DNA of 64,000 nucleotides from an uncultured Gemmatimonadaceae bacterium (GCA_964585655.1 CAZPER010000002.1:18727-82726); one strand, 5' to 3'; shown: positions 18,636 to 28,245, numbered from the stretch's first letter. The notes: generated by a model not told the origin, from the letters alone. A program made the numbers and translations.

Positions 18636-19537
18636 GGCCAGAGGACCTCGGGATATTCGCCCCGGTCCACCAGGGCCTGCAGCTCCCGCTGCACCCAGGG
18701 GCGGTCGCCGGGATAGGTGACGCCGCACCACCGGCTGGTGGTCGGCAGCACCGTGACCCTCGCCTCGCCGGCCGCGATGCCGCGCGCCACCGAGTCGGGG
18801 AGGTAGCACTCGCCATCCGCCGCCGGTCCCGCCTCGAGAAAGCGCCGGAAGTCGCGCTCGAGGATAGGGAAAATGCCGGACGAAAACGCCCACAAGTTCA
18901 TCGACACCGGTGTGGTGGCCGGCACCCGCAGGCGCCGGCCGTCCCGTTCGCCCTCAAACCACCCCGGTCCCGTCGCGGCGAGTCCGCGGGTCTCGGAGAC
19001 CCGCTCAAGCGTCCCGTCGGGCCGTGCGGCGAGCAGGGCGCGGTTCACGCCGCCGGAGGGACTGGCGGTCTGCTCCAGCGGGTACCCGATCACCGCGTGG
19101 GTGGTGGAGCCCTCCGGCTGTCCGGCGAGAAACCGGGCCGCGGCGGTGATCGCATCGCGGCCGTAGAAGTCGTCGGCGTTGAGGACGGCGAAGTGTCCCG
19201 GCACGGCGGCATGCGCGGCCAGCACCGCCTGGGTGGTGCCCCACGGGCGGGTCCGCCCGGGGGGAACGGCGTGGGGTGACGGGAGGTCCTCGAGACGCTG
19301 GAGCGCCGTCCGCACCGGCAGCCGGGTCCGGTACCTGTCCCCCAGCTGCCGCTCGAACGCCTCCTCCATCTCGGGGCGGATCACGAAGACGATGGTCCCG
19401 AAACCGGCGCGCCACCCGTCATGGACGGCATAGTCCATGAGGGTGGCGCCACCCGGACCGAGGGGATCGAGCTGTTTGAGTCCCCCGTAGCGGCTGCCCA
19501 GCCCGGCGGCGAGCAGCACGAGGGCCGGGGCGCTCAC
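18632..19537 (-). CDS. sugar-1-phosphate nucleotidyltransferase family protein
   Basis: GTG start giving VSAPALVLLAAGLGSRYGG (the NTP_transferase G-loop LAAGxGSR). GTGA overlap with the M14 peptidase stop. Confidence 0.6.
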   Translation of the reverse strand: MSAPALVLLAAGLGSRYGGLKQLDPLGPGGATLMDYAVHDGWRAGFGTIVFVIRPEMEEAFERQLGDRYRTRLPVRTALQRLEDLPSPHAVPPGRTRPWGTTQAVLAAHAAVPGHFAVLNADDFYGRDAITAAARFLAGQPEGSTTHAVIGYPLEQTASPSGGVNRALLAARPDGTLERVSETRGLAATGPGWFEGERDGRRLRVPATTPVSMNLWAFSSGIFPILERDFRRFLEAGPAADGECYLPDSVARGIAAGEARVTVLPTTSRWCGVTYPGDRPWVQRELQALVDRGEYPEVLWP

Positions 19538-22203
19538 CGTTGCGGCGCCATCAGCACCGCGTTGGTGAGCAGCCGGGCCGTGCCGCGCCAGAACCCGCGA
19601 TAGACCGGGTTGCCGGCGAACAGGACCACCTGCCCGCTCCCGGCGGATTCGACCGCGGCGTACACGCTGTTCCGGAGGTGCTTCTCGGTGTTCTCGGGCC
19701 ATGTCCAGCCTGAGAGCAGCAGGTCCGTTCCGGTGAAGGCCACCGGATTGGCGCCCTTCTCCGACGGCTTGAGCAGCGTGCTGGTCTCGAGGAAGACGGG
19801 CAGCTGGTCCCGCTCGTACCCGAAGGTGAGCCAGTGCGTCCGGTCCAGGGTGCCCCGGAAGATGCTCCCCGGGATGAACTCGGGCCGGTTCCCGCCCGCC
19901 GCCGACGGGGACACCAGTGGCGGCCCGATCGGCTGGCCGGCGGCCACCGTGGTGTCCTTGGGCGCCGTGCTGTCGCCGGTCACTTCGCCCGCGGTGGTGA
20001 GCCCGAGCTCCTTCCGGCCGAGCAGCCCGACGGCGTCTCCGACGGCGATGACCGCGGCCCCTTCTTCCACCCAGGTCTTGAGCCGGCGGGCCCCCCCTTC
20101 CCCGAGCTCCCGCCACATCCGCCCGGCGGATCCCTCGGGGATGATGAGGGTGTTGTAGTCGTTGAGGTTTATCCAGCTCAGGGTGGCGAGGTTCACCGGG
20201 ATCACCGGAATGCCCAGCTCCCGCTCGAAGTAGAACCAGAGCGCCCCGAAGGAGGTCTGGTCCACGCCGTCGCCCGCCGCCAGGAGGATGCGCGGCGCGT
20301 GGAGCGCCATCACCGTTTCGCTGCCCACGCCGTACTGCCCGCTGTCGGGGAACCCGCTCTGCACCGGGGTGACCGGCACGCCGAGCTCCGTGGCGAGCGC
20401 CGCGATCCGCTCGTGCACCTCCGCCGGGTTGCGCTGCAACCGGACAATGAACGTCCCGCGCGGGTAGGCGGTACTGCCGGCCACCACCGGCTCCGTGGCC
20501 GCGCCCACCTTGAAGCCCTCCCGCAGCAGCCGCATCGCGAGCCGTGCGCCGCTCTCGCTTTCATTGCCGAAGACATAGGCCGACTGGGCCCGCGCCGGCG
20601 GGGCCACGGTGGGCGCGGCGGCGGCACGCACCCGCTCCCCGCCGATCCGGGTGGTGTCGTCGGTCCACCAGGCATCGAGACCCTGGGTGAAGGGGAGCGA
20701 CCAGCCGGTCACGTCGTAGAACTCGTAACCCTCGCGGTCGGCGTCCTCGCCGCGGCGCTGGTTCCGCTGGTAGGCGCCCAGCTGCGCCCGGGTGAAGCCG
20801 GAGTCGAACACGGCGCGCGGCTCGAGCATCGTGGTCGCAAGCCGGGCCTGGGGCTGGTTGAGGTCCACGACGTAGGTGCCGGCGGGAAAGGTGCGCCGGG
20901 CGGCCGCGCCGCCATAGTAGGACGTGGCCCGCAGCGTGGTCCACGGCTGGGTGAGGCGGGACACCTCGATCTCCTCACCCGTGAGCCGCCGCAGCAGCCA
21001 GGCCACCCGGGTGGCGTCACTGCCGGAGAAGAGCACCCGCCGGAGCGGCCGCTTCTGCGCCTCGGTCATTCCGCTCTGGTGGAACTCGTGGAAGTCCCGC
21101 AACCGCTCCGCCCGGTTGCGGGCGGCGTACTCCAGGGTGGCGAGGGAGGCGATGTAATGGTGCGCGATCGCCATCTCGAAGGTCATGAAGGTGCCGTCGT
21201 CCTTCCGCTTCCGCAGTTCGGGCCCGCCGTCGGTCTCGTAGGTCATCCCGACGCCGCCGCGCATCGTGGGCCACATGTCGATGTAGCCCGGATAGAAGAA
21301 GTCGAAGACGTCCCGGACGTAGTACTGCCAGCCGAAGCGGTCGAAGGCCTGGCCGTTGCTGCGCCCGAAGCGCTCGAACCAGGTGTAGGTCCTCGCCGGC
21401 AGGTTCTGGTTCTGGGCCTGGTCCACCGGCGGGAAGAAGTACTGCGAGGTGGTACTGTGGAGGTCCGCCACCACCTGCGGGCGCCAGCGCACGTAGACCG
21501 CGGCGAGGGCGCGGGACTCGAGCTGCGACTGGGCCAGCAGGTCCCGGTTCATGTCGAAGCGGTAGTGGTTGAACCGCCCCCACACCGCCCACGGCTCGGT
21601 CTGTTCCACCGCCGCGGGCTCGTCGGTGTTCACCATGATGGAGTTGTACCAGGCGGCGAACCGCTCGTGCCCGTCCGGATTCTGGCTCGGGTTGATCAGC
21701 ACGATGGCATTGCGGAGGACCTCGAGGGTCGCGGGTTCCTCGGAGGCGAGCAGCTGGTAGGTGGTCTGCATCGCGGTCTCGAAGCCCGCCGGCTCGTTGC
21801 CGTGCACCGAGTGGGTGAGCAGCACCGTCACCGGGGTCCGCTCCGCCAGGGCCCGCGCGTCGGCGGCCGTCGTGCGCCGCGGGTCGGCCAGGCGGGAGAG
21901 GTTGTCCCGGATCTCATCCAGCCGGGCCAGGTTCTCCGGCGCCGAAATCACCAGCAGCCGCATCACCTTTCCCTCCGCCGTCCGGCCCATTACCTCGGTC
22001 CGGACCCGGTCCGGCGCCGCGGCGATCATGCGGTCGAGCACCTGCTGCTGCTGGTGATACATGGTGTGCTGCGAGCCGACGGCGTAGCCCAGCAGCGAAT
22101 CGGGCCGGGGCACGGCGGGGCGGTAGGGCCCGCGGGCGTAGAAGTCGAACCCCTGGGCGCTGAGCAGCGAGGGGGCGAGCAGCAGTGCGGCGAGAAGTCG
22201 CAT
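19534..22203 (-). CDS. M14 family zinc carboxypeptidase, secreted, with large C-terminal extension
   Basis: ORF trimmed to MRLLAALLLAPSLLSAQG signal peptide. HSVHGNEPAG zinc motif and INPSQNPDGHE. Confidence 0.75.
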   Translation of the reverse strand: MRLLAALLLAPSLLSAQGFDFYARGPYRPAVPRPDSLLGYAVGSQHTMYHQQQQVLDRMIAAAPDRVRTEVMGRTAEGKVMRLLVISAPENLARLDEIRDNLSRLADPRRTTAADARALAERTPVTVLLTHSVHGNEPAGFETAMQTTYQLLASEEPATLEVLRNAIVLINPSQNPDGHERFAAWYNSIMVNTDEPAAVEQTEPWAVWGRFNHYRFDMNRDLLAQSQLESRALAAVYVRWRPQVVADLHSTTSQYFFPPVDQAQNQNLPARTYTWFERFGRSNGQAFDRFGWQYYVRDVFDFFYPGYIDMWPTMRGGVGMTYETDGGPELRKRKDDGTFMTFEMAIAHHYIASLATLEYAARNRAERLRDFHEFHQSGMTEAQKRPLRRVLFSGSDATRVAWLLRRLTGEEIEVSRLTQPWTTLRATSYYGGAAARRTFPAGTYVVDLNQPQARLATTMLEPRAVFDSGFTRAQLGAYQRNQRRGEDADREGYEFYDVTGWSLPFTQGLDAWWTDDTTRIGGERVRAAAAPTVAPPARAQSAYVFGNESESGARLAMRLLREGFKVGAATEPVVAGSTAYPRGTFIVRLQRNPAEVHERIAALATELGVPVTPVQSGFPDSGQYGVGSETVMALHAPRILLAAGDGVDQTSFGALWFYFERELGIPVIPVNLATLSWINLNDYNTLIIPEGSAGRMWRELGEGGARRLKTWVEEGAAVIAVGDAVGLLGRKELGLTTAGEVTGDSTAPKDTTVAAGQPIGPPLVSPSAAGGNRPEFIPGSIFRGTLDRTHWLTFGYERDQLPVFLETSTLLKPSEKGANPVAFTGTDLLLSGWTWPENTEKHLRNSVYAAVESAGSGQVVLFAGNPVYRGFWRGTARLLTNAVLMAPQR

Positions 22204-22309
22204 GAGTACGGATGGGAGGAGGTGGATGCACCGGTCCCGGTCTCGCGGGGGCGGCCGGTGCGGCCGCCCGGAGCCGGGCCGGCTGTGAGTATAGCCCGGG
22301 CCGGGCCCG

Positions 22310-23206
22310 TCAGCTACGGCCGAGCAGCACCGGCCGGGGGGGCGCCGCGCGCTGGCGGCCGAGCAGGTCCCAGGTCTCCACCACGACCGCTCCAAGGAGA
22401 AACACGAGGGCGGTGTAGTACAGCCACCCGACGAACAGGATGATCGCGCCGAGGTTGGCGTCGGCCGAAAAGCGATTGACCACCGCCAGGTGCACCAGGT
22501 ACCAGCCATAGAGCCGCTTGGCGATCTCGAACAGCACCGCGGCGAAGAGCGAGCCGGCCAGCGCCGCCAGGCGTGGCAGGCGGCGGGGCGAGGCGTGGCG
22601 GTAGACCATGTAGAAGAGCGACAGCGAAAAGGCGAACGCCAGCGCCTCCGTGATGAACTGCCCCACCGTCCCCACGAAGAACCCGAGGCCGGGGAGGGCC
22701 TGGATCAGCTGCTCGCCGCGGGCGTTGAGCACCTTGAGGCCCCCGGACAGCACGGCGTTCCCCACCACCAGCATCAGCGTGAGGATGACCATGCCCGCGT
22801 CCCGGGTCTTGCCCTTGAGGTAAAGGAACAGGAAGTGCTGGCCGGTCGGCCGGCGGGGCACGTCATAGACGAGGGTGAGCGAGGTGCGGATCGAGGCGAA
22901 CAGCCGGGTGGAGAACCAGAGAAAGAGCGGGAGGGCGTAGAGCGAGATCGCGGCCCGGGCCCGGGTGAAGCCGAGCAGGAACTGCTCCACCCGGGCGAAG
23001 GGGCCCTGCCCATCCGGGCCGGCCCAGGCCGGGACCACCCGCTGGAACAGCTGGTGCAGGTCCTGCGCGGTCGAGCCCGGCGACAGCTTGGCGATGTGGG
23101 TCAGCGCGACGAGCACGAGGAGGAGCAGCGGAATCGCCGCGAGCAGCGCGTCGAAGGTGAGCGCGCTGGCCAGGAAGGGGATGTTGTGCCGGTCGGCCTG
23201 ATTCAC
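22310..23206 (-). CDS. YihY/BrkB family membrane protein
   Basis: PFLASALTFDALLAAIPLL signature, 6 TM helices. The frame stays open upstream without ATG/GTG/TTG, so the N-terminus may be longer. Confidence 0.75.
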   Translation of the reverse strand: MNQADRHNIPFLASALTFDALLAAIPLLLLVLVALTHIAKLSPGSTAQDLHQLFQRVVPAWAGPDGQGPFARVEQFLLGFTRARAAISLYALPLFLWFSTRLFASIRTSLTLVYDVPRRPTGQHFLFLYLKGKTRDAGMVILTLMLVVGNAVLSGGLKVLNARGEQLIQALPGLGFFVGTVGQFITEALAFAFSLSLFYMVYRHASPRRLPRLAALAGSLFAAVLFEIAKRLYGWYLVHLAVVNRFSADANLGAIILFVGWLYYTALVFLLGAVVVETWDLLGRQRAAPPRPVLLGRS

Positions 23207-23262
23207 GGTGCGGCGGACGAACGCCCCCAGCGCCTGCAGCCGATCCCGGAGCAGCCCGTCCG

Positions 23263-23631
23263 TCAGGCGACGGGCTCCTCGTCCTCGTCCAGGTCCATCG
23301 CGGCGGGCGCGCGGCGGCGGGCGCGGGCATCGGCGAGCCGCCGTTCCAGTTCAGTCCGCACCTCGTCCCGTCGCTCCTCCGGGCTGCTGGCGGCAGGGCG
23401 GCGGAACTCGCCACTCACCTTGTCGCTCAGCTCCCCGATCTTCTCCTCGGCCAGCGCCCGCGCCTTCCGCAACCGGCGCTTCAGCTGGCGGCGGGTCTCG
23501 TCCCCGCTCTGGGGCGCGAACAGCAGGCCGGCCGCCAGCCCCAGCAGCGCGCCGAACAGGATGGGCCGGAGCGACCCGCTCTCCCGCTCCACGTAGACTA
23601 CCTCGCGCTCGTCATCCCGGGCCATGGTCAT
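23263..23631 (-). CDS. YtxH domain-containing protein
   Basis: 122 aa. N-terminal helix LFGALLGLAAGLLFAPQSG followed by a charged coiled region. ATGA overlap with the aldolase stop. Confidence 0.6.
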   Translation of the reverse strand: MTMARDDEREVVYVERESGSLRPILFGALLGLAAGLLFAPQSGDETRRQLKRRLRKARALAEEKIGELSDKVSGEFRRPAASSPEERRDEVRTELERRLADARARRRAPAAMDLDEDEEPVA

Positions 23632-25043
23632 TCCCCCGCTTCGGCATCGTCCTCGGCCGTGACCAGCGCGCGCGACAGCGAGGCGTGCGACTGATACGGC
23701 GCGTGGACGTACTTGGCGACCAGCGCCGCGGTGCCGTGCACCTTGAGCTGGTCGAACAGGAACCCGAACGTCTTCTCCAGGTCCGCCCCGATGGCCTCCC
23801 GGATCCCGGCGGGCAGCGACCAGAGGTCCCGCTTGAAGGGACCGATCGCCTTCTTCCGCGCCTTGTAGTAGAACTGCTCCGGCGTGTCGCCGGCCTTCTT
23901 CTCGCTCTGGGCGTTCTCGTCCAGCCAGGCGTACATCCGCTGACGCAACTCGCCCGGCAGCGCCGGGTGGTCGAAGACCAGCGACTGGAAGTTGGTCGCG
24001 AGGTGGATCTCCGCCGTCTCCAGCCGGGCGAAGTTCCCGAAGGCATCGGAGGGGAGGGTGCTGGCGCCATGCTGCACCGCGCCGGACATCCCGTACTCCT
24101 CCCGGGCCACCCGCGACAGCGCGGCCAGGGCGTCGAGGTCCAGCTTCACCTTGGCAATGCTCCCGTCCGGCAGCACCACCCCGCCGTGGCTGGTGCCGGT
24201 CTGGACCGAAATCTTGGAGATCCCCTCATGGTCGCCGTGGCGCCGGAGGGAGGGCACGTAGCCGTCCATGAAGGCGCGGAGCTCCTCCACGGTGCTGTTC
24301 TTGTGCCCGACCTCGCCGATCTCCGCGCCCACCGACACCGAGATGCCGTCGGGCTCGATGTCGCGGATAAACGCCGTGATCTCCGCGGCGTGCTCGAAGT
24401 TGAGCCGCTGCTGCTCCAGCAGGGTGTCCTTCGAGAGGTCCACCAGGGTGGAGGTGTCCACGTCGATGTTGTAGAACCCGGCGCCGACTTCCTCCTGGAT
24501 CAGCCGCTTCACCTCTTCGACCTCCGCCCGGGCGTCCGCCTGATACTTCTTCGCGTTCACCTGGCAGTGGTCCCCCTGAATGAAGATCGGCAGCAGGTAC
24601 CCCTCGCGGAGCGCGGCGGCGATCATCACGGCCACGTATTCGGCAGGCCGCTGATCGGTGTAGGCGATCTCCGACCGCGCGATCTCGACCAGGATCGCGC
24701 CCGCCTCCCGCGACCGCGCGGCCCGGAAGATGGCCCGCGCGGTGTCATAGGCCAGCATCCGGACGTTGATGGCAGGCACGGTGAAGCCGCCGCATTCCCC
24801 CCTGCCGCGGGCGAAATAGATCGGTCCGATGGTGGAGGGCCGGACGCCAACGGCCTGCCCCAGCTCCCAGAGGAGCCAGCGGGCGGCCTCCCGGCGGGCG
24901 GATGCGGCGAAGACCGCGTCGAACACCAGCCGGTCGGTCGCGTCGGTCTGGAGGGCGGCAAGGCTGGAGACCTTCACCCCGTCGCCAGCCCGGGTGACGG
25001 CACCCCCGAACAGGGCGAGGAGGTCGCTGCGATGATCGGACAT
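23628..25043 (-). CDS. class II fructose/ketose-bisphosphate aldolase family protein (long form)
   Basis: 471 aa with QGDHCQ, QTGTSHGG and VQHGASTLP motifs typical of the class II aldolase fold. Confidence 0.7.
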   Translation of the reverse strand: MSDHRSDLLALFGGAVTRAGDGVKVSSLAALQTDATDRLVFDAVFAASARREAARWLLWELGQAVGVRPSTIGPIYFARGRGECGGFTVPAINVRMLAYDTARAIFRAARSREAGAILVEIARSEIAYTDQRPAEYVAVMIAAALREGYLLPIFIQGDHCQVNAKKYQADARAEVEEVKRLIQEEVGAGFYNIDVDTSTLVDLSKDTLLEQQRLNFEHAAEITAFIRDIEPDGISVSVGAEIGEVGHKNSTVEELRAFMDGYVPSLRRHGDHEGISKISVQTGTSHGGVVLPDGSIAKVKLDLDALAALSRVAREEYGMSGAVQHGASTLPSDAFGNFARLETAEIHLATNFQSLVFDHPALPGELRQRMYAWLDENAQSEKKAGDTPEQFYYKARKKAIGPFKRDLWSLPAGIREAIGADLEKTFGFLFDQLKVHGTAALVAKYVHAPYQSHASLSRALVTAEDDAEAGE

Positions 25044-25104
25044 AAGTGACTGTCCCCTTAAGAGTTACAACTCGCGCATCCGGCAATGTAGGCCCGCAGC
25101 CACC

Positions 25105-25123
25105 GGGCGTCAAACCGACGCCC
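25105..25123 (-). terminator. candidate stem-loop terminator after the PPC-repeat gene
   Basis: GGGCGTC-aaacc-GACGCCC, a 7-bp perfect stem 15 nt after the stop at 25138. No clear U-tract. Confidence 0.35.
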
Positions 25124-25137
25124 GATCGTCAGTGAGC

Positions 25138-26862
25138 TCAGCGGATGCGGAGCTTGATGGTGTACTTCCCGGTCGCCTTGTCAAAGGTGTTGGCGCGGAC
25201 CCAGTAGCGGCCGTTGGCCGGCAACTCGATGGTGACCTTGGCCGACTCCCCGACGCTCGCCCCATCGGTCTCGAGGGAGGTGAAGCTCTCGTCCCGCCCC
25301 GGCGCGCGGCCGATGAGCAGGTAAGGCCGGAACTCATCGGACTTCAGGCTCACGATCGCCACCTGACCCTTCCGGCCCTCGAAGACCCAGGTGTCCACGA
25401 AGGTCCCGTCGCCGCTGTCCTCGTCGTCGGTGGTGAGCTGGCCCCGCATCTCCTCGCCCTTCTTGAGCTCCTTCACCTGGCGCGGTGCGGTGGTCTCGCC
25501 CTTGATCGCCTTGGAGAGGTTGAGGCCGGGCTGGAGCGGCCCCGCGGGAGGAGCGGGTTGTGAGGGGGCGGGCCCCGCCGGGGTCACCGGCGCGGGGCCT
25601 CCCGCACGATCGCTGGTCACGACCAGGGTGTACCGTCCCTCGCCGGAGAAGAGCGCGTTGGGACGGATCCAGTACTCGCCGTCCCGGGGCAGCGTGACCA
25701 CCAGCTTCGAGTCATCGCCGCCGGCGCCGTCGTTATCCGCCGACTGCCAGGTCCAGCGGCCGTTCTCCGCCGGCCCGAAGGTCAGGTAGGAATCCACTTC
25801 CCGCGAGCGCTGGATCATGGTCAGGGTCTCGCCGCGGCGCCCCTGGTAGACCCAGATGTCGGCGTAGCTCCCATCGGAGATCTTGTCATCGCCCGCGCCG
25901 AGGGTGCCGCTCAGCTCCTGGCCCAGGACCAGCGGCATCCTGGCCCCGGGGGTGCTGGAGACCAGCGGATTCCCGCCCGCGCCGGTGGCAGGCGCCTCGA
26001 CCATGACCGGACCGCCCGCCTCGGCGACCAGCAGGGTGTAGCGGCCGGTCTTGTTCTTGAAGAGGGTGTTGGCCCGCACCAGGTACTCCCCGCTGGTGTC
26101 GAGCGTCAGGCTCACCTTCGAGTCGGTGCCGCCGGCGCCATCATCGTCGCTCTCGATGCTGCTGAACTCGCCGTTCTTGAGCCGACCCACGACCAGGTAG
26201 GCGTCAAAGTCGGGGGAGAGCAGCGTGACGTCGAGCTGCTGGCCGGCGCGGCCCTGGAAGCGCCAGGTGTCGGCGAAGCTCTCATCCTCGAGGACCTCGT
26301 CCCCCTGGCGCAGCTCGCCGTTCGCCGACGTGCCCAGGCTGAGCGTGCCGGCGCTGGGCGGAGCGCCACCGCCGGTCACCTGCGGGGCCGGCGCCCCGGC
26401 GGCGCCAATCTCGAGGCTCAAGGTGTAGCCGCCGGTTTCCCCTTCGCTCAGGGTATTGGCGCGGACCACGTACTCGCCATTCCGCGGGAGCGTGGCGTTG
26501 ACCTGGGCGTCGGTTCCACCGGCGCCATCGTCATCGGCCTCGACGAGGTGCCATTCGCCGCTGTCGTCGGTGTACCCGACGGCGAGGTAGGCGTCGAAGT
26601 CCTTCGCCCGCATGGTGACCCGGACCGACTGGCCCCCGGTGCCGCTGAAGCGCCACAGGTCGGCGTAGGTGTTGTCATCGAGGCGAAGGTCGCCGCTCCG
26701 CAGCTCCCCGCGGGCCTCGACCCCGGGCCGGAGCACCGCCTGGGCCGCCGCCGCATCCGCGACGAGAAGGAGCAGGCCGGCCGCCGCGGCGGCTGGAAGG
26801 GAGAGCGCCTGAAGACGGTGTCGTGTCGGCATACGGTCCGGGTCCTGGAGGGTGATTGACAT
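25138..26862 (-). CDS. secreted protein made of four tandem pre-peptidase C-terminal (PPC)-like domains
   Basis: Signal peptide followed by four ~115-aa repeats. Each has GELRxGD...YAD.W.F.G..GQ...V...S.DFDAYL.VG...DDDGAGGTD..V...L...GEY.VRANT....TG.YTL. No catalytic domain seen. The start could be 26862 or 26832. Confidence 0.6.
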   Translation of the reverse strand: MSITLQDPDRMPTRHRLQALSLPAAAAAGLLLLVADAAAAQAVLRPGVEARGELRSGDLRLDDNTYADLWRFSGTGGQSVRVTMRAKDFDAYLAVGYTDDSGEWHLVEADDDGAGGTDAQVNATLPRNGEYVVRANTLSEGETGGYTLSLEIGAAGAPAPQVTGGGAPPSAGTLSLGTSANGELRQGDEVLEDESFADTWRFQGRAGQQLDVTLLSPDFDAYLVVGRLKNGEFSSIESDDDGAGGTDSKVSLTLDTSGEYLVRANTLFKNKTGRYTLLVAEAGGPVMVEAPATGAGGNPLVSSTPGARMPLVLGQELSGTLGAGDDKISDGSYADIWVYQGRRGETLTMIQRSREVDSYLTFGPAENGRWTWQSADNDGAGGDDSKLVVTLPRDGEYWIRPNALFSGEGRYTLVVTSDRAGGPAPVTPAGPAPSQPAPPAGPLQPGLNLSKAIKGETTAPRQVKELKKGEEMRGQLTTDDEDSGDGTFVDTWVFEGRKGQVAIVSLKSDEFRPYLLIGRAPGRDESFTSLETDGASVGESAKVTIELPANGRYWVRANTFDKATGKYTIKLRIR

Positions 26863-26868
26863 GAGAGC

Positions 26869-28245
26869 CTACGCCACGTCGCCGGGGGGGAGCCCCAGCG
26901 GTTCGGCGGTGTACCCCGGCCGCCCCATGGCGGCGAAGGTGAGTCGCTTGCCCAGCTCCACGCCAGGCTGATCGAACGGGTCCACCCCGTACCAGACGCC
27001 GGCGTATCCGGTGGCGAGCTGGAAGAACATGATGGCCTCTCCCAGGGTCCGGGCGGACAGCTCCGGCAGGTGCAGCGAGCAGTTCATCCGGCCCATGCTT
27101 GCGAGGGCGGCCGAGGTGGCCTGATACTCGGCCTGCAAGAGCCCGGCCAGCGAGTGCCCGGGCAGATAGGCCAGATCCGCCGGGAGTCCCGCGCCCTGGG
27201 GAATGGTGACATCCTCGGCAAACCGGTCCACCGCCATGAAGGTGACCACCTTGTCGAAGGGTCCCTCCATGAAGAGCTGCACCTGGCTGTGCTGGTCGGT
27301 GGGGCCCACCGCGGCAACCGGGGTAGGGCCGGTATGCACCTCCTGCCCCCGGCGGTCCTTCGCCTTGCCCAGGCTCTCGGCCCAGAGCTGCCGGTACCAC
27401 TCGGCGAACTCCCGCAGCCGGTCGGTATAAGGCATCAGGACGTGAATGCGGGCTCCCAGCGCCGTGTCGGCCGCCCAGTGGAGCGCCGACCAGAGCGCGG
27501 ACTGGTTCTGCAGCAGGTCGTCCGCCTCGGCGCCGACCAGGGCATCGCGGGCCCCGGCGAGCAGCCCTTCGATGTCGATCCCGACCAACGCCGCCGGGAG
27601 CAGCCCCACCGGTGACAGCACGCTGAAGCGGCCGCCCACCGCCGGCGGCACCTCGAGCGCCGCGATCCCATCCCGCGCGGCGATCTCCCGGAGGGCCCCG
27701 CGCGCCGGATCGGTGGTGAACACCAGGTGCCGGGTGGCGGCGGGGCCGAGCGCGCGCTCCAGCCACTCCCGCACCACCAGGTACTGGGCCATGGTCTCCG
27801 CGGTGCCGCCGGACTTGCTGATGACGTTGACCAGGGCGCGCCGCGGGTCCATCCGGCGGAGCGCTTCCGCCACGGACGTCGGGTCCACGTTGTCGAGCAC
27901 GGTGAGGCGCGGAAAGAACTCCCGGCCTTCGTCATCCAGCTCATTCCAGCCGGGCCGCTTGAGGGCATTGAGCAGCGCCTTCATCCCCAGCGCCGAGCCC
28001 CCGATCCCCAGGACCAGGACGTGATCGAACGCCTGCCCCACCCCCTCGGCGAAACGGCGGATCTGGGTCACGGAGGCGGCCTGGTCTCCGAGGCCATGGA
28101 AGCCGTACTCTCCCGCGCCGCGGCGGCGGCGCACCTCGGCCTGCACCTCGCCAAAGCGCCGGGCCAGCTCCAGCAGGCGCGGACGGGGCAGCCCGTGCAC
28201 CCCGTCCAGCCGGTCGCTCAGCATCCGTCCGTAATGCAGCTTCAT
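26869..28245 (-). CDS. pgi: glucose-6-phosphate isomerase
   Basis: VLVLGIGGSALG SIS motif, ISKSGGTAET, 458 aa. Confidence 0.85.
   Translation of the reverse strand: MKLHYGRMLSDRLDGVHGLPRPRLLELARRFGEVQAEVRRRRGAGEYGFHGLGDQAASVTQIRRFAEGVGQAFDHVLVLGIGGSALGMKALLNALKRPGWNELDDEGREFFPRLTVLDNVDPTSVAEALRRMDPRRALVNVISKSGGTAETMAQYLVVREWLERALGPAATRHLVFTTDPARGALREIAARDGIAALEVPPAVGGRFSVLSPVGLLPAALVGIDIEGLLAGARDALVGAEADDLLQNQSALWSALHWAADTALGARIHVLMPYTDRLREFAEWYRQLWAESLGKAKDRRGQEVHTGPTPVAAVGPTDQHSQVQLFMEGPFDKVVTFMAVDRFAEDVTIPQGAGLPADLAYLPGHSLAGLLQAEYQATSAALASMGRMNCSLHLPELSARTLGEAIMFFQLATGYAGVWYGVDPFDQPGVELGKRLTFAAMGRPGYTAEPLGLPPGDVA

Noticed and set aside
22204-22309. GC-rich hairpins (e.g. GGGCGGCCG-gtg-CGGCCGCCC) between yihY and the M14 peptidase as a structured RNA element.
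   Set aside because: They are most simply the yihY terminator plus the peptidase promoter region. I recognised no conserved riboswitch core.
19534-22509. Long N-terminal extensions in the ORF track (also 8753-9547, 17553-18893, 32667-33980, 34136-35065, 35312-37309, 43883-46861, 51608-53446, 58218-60542, 59648-61144).
   Set aside because: The extensions are Arg/Pro/Gly-rich and overlap upstream genes. Internal starts give typical N-termini or signal peptides and often form ATGA/GTGA overlaps with the preceding stop, so the ORFs were trimmed.
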